Shown: positions 36,776 through 45,421, counted from the stretch's first letter. The stretch is DNA of 60,002 bases from Thermoplasmatales archaeon (GCA_012522645.1 JAAYKC010000018.1:1-60002), one strand, 5' to 3'. The notes: generated from the letters alone by a model not told the origin. Numbers and translations are program-made.

Positions 36776-37681
36776 ATGAAGAACTGGGAGTTCGACAAGG
36801 TAAGAGACAAGACTGTGAAGTTGGACAACGCCCTGGCTGATATGATGGGGCTCGTGGACGGCGGATACATCTACAGCACGCTTTTCGAGTACGATAACGA
36901 GAGCCCGAAGAAATACGAGCTCATCCTGTCCACTTATCCTCAGGAGAACTACAGGACGCTTACTAACATCACGATGTACATCCAGGATGTGCCGGGCTCC
37001 AGCGCCCAGGCGGCCAGATTCCTGGGGGACAGGGACATCAACATACTGAACTCCATCTCCCTGGAGGGCATATCCGATACGATCATCATATGGAAGATGC
37101 TCGTGGACCTTAACTTCGCAGGAGAAGTGAGCATTCTCACAGAGAAGTTCGCCGAGCTGAAGGAGAGGAATGACCCCTCTGTCTCCAAGATAGATCACAT
37201 ACAGATCAAGCCTGCCGATATAGGCCGCGTCTTCAGGACCGAAGGGCGTTCCGACAAGATAGAGATCAGGAGAGGAGTCCCGATCACCCTCAAGGATAAT
37301 ACCTATGACCTCTCGGTCGAGTACAGCGACATCTTCGAGGACTTCGAGGGAGAATCCGTCATGGTGGCAGCGGACTACGCCTCCTGGATCGTCTCCATCT
37401 CATTCTTCAAAGGAGAGACGAAACTGGTGAGGATAGGTCTGGAGATACCCGACTGCCCCGGATCCATAACCCAAGTACTGGATTGGATAGCGACAAAGAA
37501 CGTCAATCTCATCTCGGTGTTCAGCAAGATAAAGATCTGCTATCAGACGATGACATTGGACCTGGTGGCCGATTTCAGCGGCTGCAGGATGTCGATGGAC
37601 GAGTTCAGGATCAGCCTCGAGGATGCCCTGGAGGACATGAACGGGATCTTCGTCCTGACCCAGTATGAGGAGTTGAAATGA
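36776..37681 (+). CDS. Double ACT-domain protein, first gene of the acs operon
   Basis: Two ACT-like segments (ITMYIQDVPGSSAQAARFLGDRDINILNS; IGLEIPDCPGSITQVLDWIATKNVNLISVF). ATG at 36776 preceded by GGAG (the track gives GTG at 36758). ATGA overlap with acsB. Confidence 0.55.
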   Translation: MKNWEFDKVRDKTVKLDNALADMMGLVDGGYIYSTLFEYDNESPKKYELILSTYPQENYRTLTNITMYIQDVPGSSAQAARFLGDRDINILNSISLEGISDTIIIWKMLVDLNFAGEVSILTEKFAELKERNDPSVSKIDHIQIKPADIGRVFRTEGRSDKIEIRRGVPITLKDNTYDLSVEYSDIFEDFEGESVMVAADYASWIVSISFFKGETKLVRIGLEIPDCPGSITQVLDWIATKNVNLISVFSKIKICYQTMTLDLVADFSGCRMSMDEFRISLEDALEDMNGIFVLTQYEELK

Positions 37682-39891
37682 GCGTTCCCCCGACAGTTGA
37701 CGGGACGGCTTCCAAATACGGCATTGATTCCGCAGAGGAGATATCCTTCCTGCTGGAGAAGGTGAAGGCACCCGACGTCCCGTCCTTACTGGCACTTGCA
37801 GCAGAAGGGTCTGATGCCCTGGTGTCACTGGCCAAAAGATGCGTCAGGGCGGCCTCTGCGAAGCACGGAGACAACACCATTCTGGAATATCCCGAGACCG
37901 GGTACGGCGTGCCTTCCTTGTACGCCTGGAAGGGCATAGAGCGTCTGACCCTGAGGGATGCGACAGAGCTGTTGGATTCTCTTGATCCTGCGAAAAATGT
38001 TACTCTGGAAGACGGCCTGGCGGCAGGGGAGAATGCGATGTACGCAGCGGACATCCTCGAAGCGATAACCTATATCGGTGCCGAAGAGGCGAACCGGGAC
38101 GGTTTCATACCCGACCGCGTGATAAGGGAACTGGGGCTCAGTCTCGTGGACGAGACCATTCCGGGAGCTGCGGTTTTCTTGGGCGATACGGAGAGCGGAA
38201 ACGTGGCCCGGATGGCCAAGGACATACAGTCAAAAGGCATGCTGGGTCTTGTGACGTCCGGTACGCTTTCACCCGGATATGCAGAGAAGATGAGAGAGAA
38301 CGACATCGCCATGGGGCTTGACAGGATGATGTATCCTCTCGGCAACTTCACGGGAATAGTGCATGCCCTCAATTTCGATGTACGTGCGGCCCTCACTTTC
38401 GGAGGGGTCACGTCCGGCGACAGGGAAAAATTGTCATCGTATCTGGCCAAAAGACCAAAGGTCTTCGTGATCAAGACCGGAGATCTCAGCAGACTGGAGG
38501 CCTCTATCGCCTTCGCGGCCCTCATGCACAGTGCGCCCATAATCACAGACTCCGATCTGCCGGAGGTGCCCGGTGCCGTGAAGAGCACCGAAGACCTGGA
38601 GAGAATGGTCCAGGTGGGCATAGAGGAAAGAGGGATAATCGTAACACTGGAACCTCTGGATCTGCCTGTCGGCTACGGTCCGTCCTTCGAGGGAGAAGTA
38701 CTGAGAAAGCCTGATACATACATGGAAGCGGGAGGAGGCAGGAGCACAGCCTTCGAGTTGCTCGTCTCCAGGAACGAGGGCGAGATAGAGGACGGCAGGA
38801 TCCTCCTCATAGGCAAGGACCTGGACAAGATATCTGAGGGCTCCGTCATCCCTCTGGCTATGATCGTAGAAGTCTACGGCAGGGATATGCAGAGTGATCT
38901 GGAGCCTGTCATGGAACGCAGATTCCACAGCGGCATAAACTTCGCTGAGGGCATCTGGCACACCGGCCAGAGGAACTCGAATTGGGTCAGGATAAGCAAG
39001 AAGGCAGCGGCGAAGGGCTTCCGCATGACAGATCTGGGCAAGATGCTGATGCATACAGTCAGAAAAGAGTTCGGCAAGATCGTCACACGCATCCAGGTAA
39101 CTGTAATTACTGACCCTGACGAGATAGAGCGCCGCCTTCCAGCTGCCAAGGAAATCTATGGTGCCAGAGATGAAAGGATGAGAGGCCTCAAAGATGATCT
39201 GGTAGACTGTTTCTACACCTGCGCAATGTGCCAGTCCTTCGCTCCAGGGCACATATGCATCATATCACCGGAAAGACTGGGTCTTTGCGGTGCGATTAAC
39301 TGGCTGGATGCGAAGGCGGGCAATGAACTGGCCCCTTCCGGCCCCAATATGCCGGTAAGCATGGGGGTCACACTGGATAGTGCCAAAGGGGAATGGTCCG
39401 GAGTCAATGAGGTCGTGTCATCCGCATCATCCGGTACCGTTGAGAGGATGTGCCTCTACAGCCTGATGGACGCTCCGATGACCTCCTGCGGCTGCTTTGA
39501 GGTCATAATCGCGATGACCGTGGACATGCAGTCCGTGGTGCTCGTTGACAGGGATTATCTCGGCATGACGCCGATCGGCATGAAATTCTCCACCCTGGCC
39601 GGCTCCATAGGCGGGGGAAGGCAGACCCCCGGGTTCATGGGCGTCGGCAGGAAGTACATAACCAGTGAGAAGTTCATAGCCGCCGAGGGTGGGCTGCCCA
39701 GAGTCTCCTGGATGCCCAAGCGGCTCAAGGAGATGCTCGGCGAGGAGCTTGGTAAAAGGTGCCAGGATCTGGGAATTCCAGACCTCATGGACAAGATCGC
39801 AGACGAAACAATAACAGATGACGCCGAGGGGCTCATGGCGTGGATGGCAGAGGTTGATCATCCCGCCCTCCATATGGAGCCTCTCCTGTAG
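37678..39891 (+). CDS. acsB: Acetyl-CoA synthase, bacterial full-length AcsB type (A-cluster subunit)
   Basis: CAMCQSFAPGHICIISPERLGLCG matches the C-x2-C-x8-C-x9-C [4Fe-4S] ligand pattern. SCGCFE is the Cys-Gly-Cys Ni-binding motif. 737 aa including the about 300-aa N-terminal domain, colinear with Moorella-type AcsB. Ends in TAG. Confidence 0.92.
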   Translation: MSVPPTVDGTASKYGIDSAEEISFLLEKVKAPDVPSLLALAAEGSDALVSLAKRCVRAASAKHGDNTILEYPETGYGVPSLYAWKGIERLTLRDATELLDSLDPAKNVTLEDGLAAGENAMYAADILEAITYIGAEEANRDGFIPDRVIRELGLSLVDETIPGAAVFLGDTESGNVARMAKDIQSKGMLGLVTSGTLSPGYAEKMRENDIAMGLDRMMYPLGNFTGIVHALNFDVRAALTFGGVTSGDREKLSSYLAKRPKVFVIKTGDLSRLEASIAFAALMHSAPIITDSDLPEVPGAVKSTEDLERMVQVGIEERGIIVTLEPLDLPVGYGPSFEGEVLRKPDTYMEAGGGRSTAFELLVSRNEGEIEDGRILLIGKDLDKISEGSVIPLAMIVEVYGRDMQSDLEPVMERRFHSGINFAEGIWHTGQRNSNWVRISKKAAAKGFRMTDLGKMLMHTVRKEFGKIVTRIQVTVITDPDEIERRLPAAKEIYGARDERMRGLKDDLVDCFYTCAMCQSFAPGHICIISPERLGLCGAINWLDAKAGNELAPSGPNMPVSMGVTLDSAKGEWSGVNEVVSSASSGTVERMCLYSLMDAPMTSCGCFEVIIAMTVDMQSVVLVDRDYLGMTPIGMKFSTLAGSIGGGRQTPGFMGVGRKYITSEKFIAAEGGLPRVSWMPKRLKEMLGEELGKRCQDLGIPDLMDKIADETITDDAEGLMAWMAEVDHPALHMEPLL

Positions 39892-39899
39892 GTGATGAA

Positions 39900-40823
39900 A
39901 TGGCAGAGATACCATCAGTGAAGGAGAAATACACAGGTAAGATAGAAGAGATAGTATTCGGCAACTGTGTCGCCGGAGGCGCGGACGGAATGCCTTTCCT
40001 CTCCTTCGAGAATACGCTGAAGAGACGCCCGATGATAGCGGGCGAGGTGGTCGATGATCTGACCGACTATCCTGAAATCGCTGCCGAGATGTTCGACGGC
40101 CGCCAGAAGGACCCGGTGGAATGGGCCAATATGTGGAAGGAGATCGGTGCAGATATGATCTGCATGAGGTTCCCGGGCGCAGCCCCCGACAAGAAGGGCA
40201 CAACACCGGATGCGGCCGTCAGCATAGTGAAGAGCATCGCTGAGAAGACCGGGCTGCCGATCATGGTCACTGGATGCGGCATCCCTGATATCGATAATAA
40301 ACTGGCGGAAGCAGTCGGAGGTGCCATGAAGGGCACCAAGATCATATTGGGAAAGACAGAGGAGCACGAGTACAAGAAAATCTCCGCGGTCTGCGTATCC
40401 AACGGGCATGCGGTCCTGGCCTTCTCGAATCTGGATATAAACCTGGCAAAGCAGATGAATATCCTGCTCACTGATTTCGGTGTCGGGAGGGACGGCATAA
40501 CAATGGACCCCCTCATGGCAGCCCTGGGTATGGGGCTCGATTACTCTTACTCCGTGAATGAGAGGATCAGGCTGGCGGCGCTGTCAGGGGACAGGATGCT
40601 GCAGGTCCCCATGGTGTGCGACTGCACGGGAGCCTGGGACGTCGGGGATGCGGTGAGCACCGACGATCCGTCCCTTGGCGATGCGAAGCACAGGGTCGCC
40701 TGGTGGGAGGCCATGACCGCCCTTGCCGCAATGCTCTCCGGAGCGGACATACTCGTAATGAGGGGGCCCGGAGCCGCTGATATGGCCAGGGTGTACGCCG
40801 AGGAACTGACGGGGGTGTCCTGA
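39900..40823 (+). CDS. acsD: Corrinoid iron-sulfur protein small subunit (AcsD / CdhD-like)
   Basis: Colinear with AcsD (…PIMVTGCG…, NLDINLAKQMNILL, SVNERIRLAALSGDRMLQVPMVC). 307 aa. Confidence 0.85.
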   Translation: MAEIPSVKEKYTGKIEEIVFGNCVAGGADGMPFLSFENTLKRRPMIAGEVVDDLTDYPEIAAEMFDGRQKDPVEWANMWKEIGADMICMRFPGAAPDKKGTTPDAAVSIVKSIAEKTGLPIMVTGCGIPDIDNKLAEAVGGAMKGTKIILGKTEEHEYKKISAVCVSNGHAVLAFSNLDINLAKQMNILLTDFGVGRDGITMDPLMAALGMGLDYSYSVNERIRLAALSGDRMLQVPMVCDCTGAWDVGDAVSTDDPSLGDAKHRVAWWEAMTALAAMLSGADILVMRGPGAADMARVYAEELTGVS

Positions 40824-42151
40824 TGGCCACCGCCATAGAATACTTCAAATTGCTCCCGAAGACCAACTGCAAGGACTGCGGACAGCCCACATGCCTCGCC
40901 TTCGCCATGCTGTTGGCCAACCAGAAGGCGAAGATAGAGGACTGCCCGCACGTGAGCAAGGAATCTAAGGCTGTTCTCAGCGAATCCGCGGCACCCCTCA
41001 TGCGCACTGTCAGCGTCGGAACGGGGGGATCGGCAGTGGAGATGGGCGGGGAGACAGTGATCTACCGCCATGAGCGCCGTTTCGTCAATCAGACCGCATA
41101 CGCTCTGACCGTCTGCGATGACCTGGAGGGGAAGGCTCTGGAGGACAGAGTGAATACCGTTTCCGCTCTCAGCTTCGAACGTGTCGGGATGATCTTCGCA
41201 GCGGACATGATATCGATCAAGAACGTGAGCGGCGATCCTTCCAGATTCGCCGAGACCGCCAAGGCTGTATCCGCTCTTTGGAAGAAGCCCTTTATCCTGG
41301 AAACCGATGATGTATCTGCCATGGAGAAGGCTCTCGAAGCCGTGGGAAAACTGCGCCCCATGATTTACGGTGCAGGGCCCGGCAATCTGGACCGGATGGC
41401 TGCTCTGGCCAAGAAGCACGGCTGCACCCTGGGCATCAAAGCCGACGGTCCGGAATCCGCAGCCGATCTCTCTGTGAAGGCGAAGGCCGCCGGGGCGGAG
41501 GATCTGGTACTTGATCTGGGATGCCCCAATCTCAAGAGATGCCTGGAGGATCAGACCGTTGCAAGACGTGCGGCGGTGAAGAAGAAGTTCAAGCCGCTGG
41601 GATATCCCCTCATGAACAGAGTGGGGTGCGGGGAGTACGCCGTGGCGATCGCGGCGGTGTCCACTATGAAGTACGGCAGCCTCGTCATATTCGATGATCT
41701 GAAGAACTACGAGGCCCTGCCCCTCATGACCCTGAGGCAGAACATCTACACAGACCCGCAGGTCCCGATACAGGTCAAGCAGGCCCTTTACCCCATAGGC
41801 AACCCGGGAGAGCATTCGCCGGTGATGTTCACGACCAATTTCTCCCTTACCTACTTCACGGTCAGGGCGGACATAGAGAAGAGCAGGATACCGGTCTGGC
41901 TGCAGATAGTCAACACAGAGGGGCTGTCGGTCCTGACGGCCTATGCTGCAGGGAAATTCGAGCCTGAGAAGGTAGCCGAAGCGTTCGAGGAATCAGGCGT
42001 GCTGTCGAAAACGAACGGTCCGGTCGTGGTGCCGGGGCTCGTAGCACGCATGTCCGGCAAACTGGAAGAGGCCATCGGCAGGAAGGTCATCGTAGGAACC
42101 AATGAGTCAAAGCACATCCCGAAGCACCTGAAGGAGATCACTTCCCAGTAA
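40823..42151 (+). CDS. acsC: Corrinoid iron-sulfur protein large subunit (AcsC / CdhE-like)
   Basis: N-terminal LPKTNCKDCGQPTCLAFAMLLANQKAKIEDCP [4Fe-4S] motif. 442 aa. 1-nt overlap with acsD. Confidence 0.9.
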   Translation: MATAIEYFKLLPKTNCKDCGQPTCLAFAMLLANQKAKIEDCPHVSKESKAVLSESAAPLMRTVSVGTGGSAVEMGGETVIYRHERRFVNQTAYALTVCDDLEGKALEDRVNTVSALSFERVGMIFAADMISIKNVSGDPSRFAETAKAVSALWKKPFILETDDVSAMEKALEAVGKLRPMIYGAGPGNLDRMAALAKKHGCTLGIKADGPESAADLSVKAKAAGAEDLVLDLGCPNLKRCLEDQTVARRAAVKKKFKPLGYPLMNRVGCGEYAVAIAAVSTMKYGSLVIFDDLKNYEALPLMTLRQNIYTDPQVPIQVKQALYPIGNPGEHSPVMFTTNFSLTYFTVRADIEKSRIPVWLQIVNTEGLSVLTAYAAGKFEPEKVAEAFEESGVLSKTNGPVVVPGLVARMSGKLEEAIGRKVIVGTNESKHIPKHLKEITSQ

Positions 42152-42878
42152 GACTCTCTGCCAGGACCGCAAGGGCCTTCCCGAACTCCGTGTCGGACGG
42201 AATATCAAGGCACTCGCTCTCCACAGCGGACCTGACGATGTACTCGTCATGGGGCATAAGGAAGACATCCTCAAAGCCCAATTCTGCGGCGTAGCTCAGA
42301 AGGCTGTCCGCAGGACCGGCCACGTTGTTTATCACCAGGATCCTCCGCCCGGCATCAATGCTGACCTCGTCGACTATGCCGGACAGCCGGGATGCTGTCT
42401 TGATGCCTGTCCGTGTCGGATCGGAAACGAATACTATGGCGTCAGTCCGGGGAAGCGTCTTCCTGGACAGATGCTCCATGCCCGCTTCATTATCTATCAC
42501 CACATTATCGTACACGGGTATGATTTTGGCAAGGCAGTCCTTCATCACCCCGTTCACGAAGCAGTAGCATCCCTGGCCCTGAGGCCTTCCCATGACCAGC
42601 AGATCCACATTCCCTTCTTCGGATATTATCTGACGGACATGGTTCGCCACATACTCCTGCTTGCTTATGCCCGCAGGAACTATGTCCGGGTTGTTGACGA
42701 TGTCATTCCTGAGCTCCCCCACGGAGCCCAGCGGTTCCATTCCCAGCTTATCGCAGAGATTCGAGTTGGGGTCCGCATCCACTGCAAGGACGACCCCGTC
42801 CCTGGAGAGCAGTCTGATGAGCTGAGAGGAGATCGTGCTCTTGCCCACGCCGCCCTTGCCCGCCAGAGCGATTATCAA
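42138..42878 (-). CDS. cooC: CooC/AcsF-type Ni-insertion accessory ATPase
   Basis: (M)IIALAGKGGVGKSTISS deviant Walker A. The TTG start at 42878 is preceded by GGGGAGG and overlaps the upstream TGA. The track's 307-aa version overlaps the upstream gene. Confidence 0.8.
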   Translation of the reverse strand: MIIALAGKGGVGKSTISSQLIRLLSRDGVVLAVDADPNSNLCDKLGMEPLGSVGELRNDIVNNPDIVPAGISKQEYVANHVRQIISEEGNVDLLVMGRPQGQGCYCFVNGVMKDCLAKIIPVYDNVVIDNEAGMEHLSRKTLPRTDAIVFVSDPTRTGIKTASRLSGIVDEVSIDAGRRILVINNVAGPADSLLSYAAELGFEDVFLMPHDEYIVRSAVESECLDIPSDTEFGKALAVLAESLTGK

Positions 42879-43885
42879 AACCCGTACCTCCCCTTCATCT
42901 CCCTGGATACCCCGCTGAGGAGATCCAGTACAGAGTCCACCGCTTCCGGTGTCAGCCCTTCGAGGCCGCACTGCGGCGTGATCAGGGACCTGCGGGCTAT
43001 CAGCCCTTTGTCCAGGCCCTTGCTCTGGAGCTTCTCCATCACATTCTCCAGCTTGGCACATAGGCTCCTGACGGTCTCCCTGCTCAGATCCTCCTCTCTG
43101 TTGGGGATCAACCCCCAGGAAAGGGCGCCTCCTCTGTCAATGAACGCCTTCAGATCGTCAATGTATAGTGCCAGATTGTCTGAATATGAGTAAGCGTCGA
43201 AGCTCAGGATGTCCAATTTGGTCCTCAGGACCATGCCCCAGTCTGTGTTGCCGCAGCAGTGCACTGCCCGATAGCCTTCCACTCCGTCCATGGCCTCATT
43301 GATCCAATTCACCGCATCCTCTTCGCTTATCTGAGCGAAAGGTGAGCCCAGCAGAGAAAGGGATGGTTCATCGAAGAAGATTATGACACAGTCATTGGCC
43401 TTCATGAGCCTGTGCGCCTGCCATCTGGCTGTCATACAGACCGTCTTCCTGACTATCTCCCCGTAGGTCTCGTCGTATATCACCGAGCGTCCGTTGACAT
43501 CCTGGATCTGCAGACCTTCGCTTATGGGCCCGGTGACCTGCCCCTTAACCGCCCTGAACCGGGAGATGTCGTTGCCCAAAAGGCCGTATAACCCTGCGTG
43601 GCACTTCTCCGGAGGTTTGAAGAACTCCTCATTCTCGAATACTATCGCTTCGTATATTTCGGTCGGATCATAATCATCCAGATTCACGAAGACCTTCTCC
43701 CCCTCTGTCCTCAGCCCGGGAAGGTGCGCTCCGGTCTGCACGTACATGCTCTCCCGGATCCCCCTGGAAAGCTGCGGCCAGGAAGGGCAGTCCACCCTTC
43801 CGTCCAATATCCTGTCAAGCGCATCCTCCGGCTCATAAAAGGGCATAGACCCTATCAAAGTGGTAGCGAACTTCCAATCCATCAT
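42875..43885 (-). CDS. Core-MetE-like (cobalamin-independent methionine synthase catalytic-domain family) Zn methyltransferase
   Basis: ATTLIGSMP N-terminus. VHCCGNTDW (H-x-C) and LITPQCGLEG (PxCGL) zinc-ligand motifs of the MetE C-terminal domain. 336 aa, single domain. Confidence 0.65.
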   Translation of the reverse strand: MMDWKFATTLIGSMPFYEPEDALDRILDGRVDCPSWPQLSRGIRESMYVQTGAHLPGLRTEGEKVFVNLDDYDPTEIYEAIVFENEEFFKPPEKCHAGLYGLLGNDISRFRAVKGQVTGPISEGLQIQDVNGRSVIYDETYGEIVRKTVCMTARWQAHRLMKANDCVIIFFDEPSLSLLGSPFAQISEEDAVNWINEAMDGVEGYRAVHCCGNTDWGMVLRTKLDILSFDAYSYSDNLALYIDDLKAFIDRGGALSWGLIPNREEDLSRETVRSLCAKLENVMEKLQSKGLDKGLIARRSLITPQCGLEGLTPEAVDSVLDLLSGVSREMKGRYGF

Positions 43886-43906
43886 AGCATAGACCCCGTA
43901 TCCTTA

Positions 43907-45421
43907 TTAAAAATGCACCGAGGGGAACTGATCCCTTTCCGTGTGCGGAAGGAACTGCGCCGAGGTGTACTCATCATAGAATGCGGGGTCGGAACTGAGA
44001 TCCAGATATGTCGCATTGCAAGATATCGCATCTGTCCTGGTCCGGACGCTCTCCGACAGCAGATAATTGACCGCTCCGCCGAGGGATGCATTACCCAGAT
44101 AGACATATTTTGACCTGTCCACATCCGGGAAGAGCCCGATGGTGATCGCTGAGTCCAGGTTTATGAAGTTCCCGAAGCCGCCCGCTATGTAGATCTTATC
44201 CAGATCTCCGAATCCTATCCCCATGCTCCTTACCAGCGTCCTTGCAGCAGAGTAGATCGCAGCCTTGGTGAGCATTATGTCCATTATCTCAGACTGTGTT
44301 ATGACAACACCCGGTGCGATTGTGAATACCCCGTCCTCCGCATCCGCCCTCTCCGTGAAGTTCCCGCGCCTGTCGATCATGCCGGCGGCGAACAGCTGAG
44401 CCACAAGGTCGATTATCCCTGAACCGCATATGCCCTTCGGCTCCCCGCCTCCTATCACAGTGTATCTCACCTTGCAGTCTTCCACCTTCACACCGTCTAT
44501 CGCACCCAACTGTGCCAGCATACCCGATGTTGTCGTGGATCCCTCGAATGCGGGACCGGCTGATGACGAGCATACGAGCATCATGTCCCTGTTGCCCAGA
44601 GCCACCTCGCCGTTGGTGCCCACGTCTATCAGGAGGGACATTCCTTCAGAGAGATCCATTCCTGCCACGGTTATGTCACTCACCACGTCCCCTCCGACAT
44701 ACGATGATATGGCCGGCATCGTGTACACCAGGGCATCCGGGCTGACATCCAGTCCGCTCCCTGATCCCGTGGTCTCGGCCTTGACGAATACCGGTATGTA
44801 AGGAGGTTCCCTTATGGGTGAGGGGTCCACACCCAGGAACAAGTGCGTCATTGCCGTATTTCCTGACACGCAGACCGCATTTATGTTCTGTGTTCCCTCA
44901 GTGAAGGTATACAGGAGATCGTTTATCGTGCTCAGCACAAGACCTTTGAGCTCCGATGCCCCGCCATCGGCAGAGTACTGCATCCTGGCCAGAACATCCT
45001 CCCCTCGGTCCCTTTGCATATTGACGCCGGCGGCACGATACAGTGCCAGATGATCGTCCATATCCACGACCTCGATTGCCACGGTGGTCGTCCCGATATC
45101 TATGGCCAGACCGTGCCCGCTTGTAACAGAGGTCTTGTCATCCACGGGTATCCTCCTGTGATCCGTGATCCCCACGACCTTGTTCTTCTCTGCGGCCTTC
45201 TGGGTCATTACCTCGATGTCCTCTTCGACCGGAGTCTGACAGGCGAGAACCCTTTTCTTGATCTCACTGCCTATGATGACGGAGCACTTACCGCACCTCC
45301 CCTGACCCCCGCAGGGGAGGTTTATGGTCACTCCCGCCGCTGCCGCAGCCTGCGCTATGGTTGTCCCGGGCTCCACCTCAGCAGTCTTGTTCTCACTGAC
45401 GAATCTGACTCGAAAGGTCAT
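43907..45421 (-). CDS. Reductive activator of corrinoid Fe-S protein (RACo type: 2Fe-2S ferredoxin + ASKHA ATPase)
   Basis: N-terminal LPCGGQGRCGKCSVII...LACQT plant-type 2Fe-2S motif followed by a large actin-fold/DUF4445-like region. ATG at 45421; the track ORF extends to 45610. Confidence 0.8.
   Translation of the reverse strand: MTFRVRFVSENKTAEVEPGTTIAQAAAAAGVTINLPCGGQGRCGKCSVIIGSEIKKRVLACQTPVEEDIEVMTQKAAEKNKVVGITDHRRIPVDDKTSVTSGHGLAIDIGTTTVAIEVVDMDDHLALYRAAGVNMQRDRGEDVLARMQYSADGGASELKGLVLSTINDLLYTFTEGTQNINAVCVSGNTAMTHLFLGVDPSPIREPPYIPVFVKAETTGSGSGLDVSPDALVYTMPAISSYVGGDVVSDITVAGMDLSEGMSLLIDVGTNGEVALGNRDMMLVCSSSAGPAFEGSTTTSGMLAQLGAIDGVKVEDCKVRYTVIGGGEPKGICGSGIIDLVAQLFAAGMIDRRGNFTERADAEDGVFTIAPGVVITQSEIMDIMLTKAAIYSAARTLVRSMGIGFGDLDKIYIAGGFGNFINLDSAITIGLFPDVDRSKYVYLGNASLGGAVNYLLSESVRTRTDAISCNATYLDLSSDPAFYDEYTSAQFLPHTERDQFPSVHF

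Noticed and set aside
40547-41815. 422-aa minus-strand ORF (also 38434-39252, 39427-40206 and 42249-43193)
   Set aside because: All are antisense to acsB, acsD, acsC or cooC, whose products align colinearly with known families. The antisense translations are Arg/Gly/His-rich noise.
42879-43061. Upstream extension of cooC, and likewise the extensions 45422-45610 of the activase, 15971-16003 of fmdE and 20464-20520 of the NifX-like gene
   Set aside because: These extensions overlap the preceding genes or add implausible N-termini. Internal starts with Shine-Dalgarno-like sequences give family-typical N-termini.
36776-45421. Interpreting the locus as the standard archaeal CdhABCDE acetyl-CoA decarbonylase/synthase complex
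   Set aside because: No CdhA/CdhB-like ORF is present. The ACS subunit is 737 aa with the bacterial N-domain. The accessory genes are of the bacterial RACo and CooC types.
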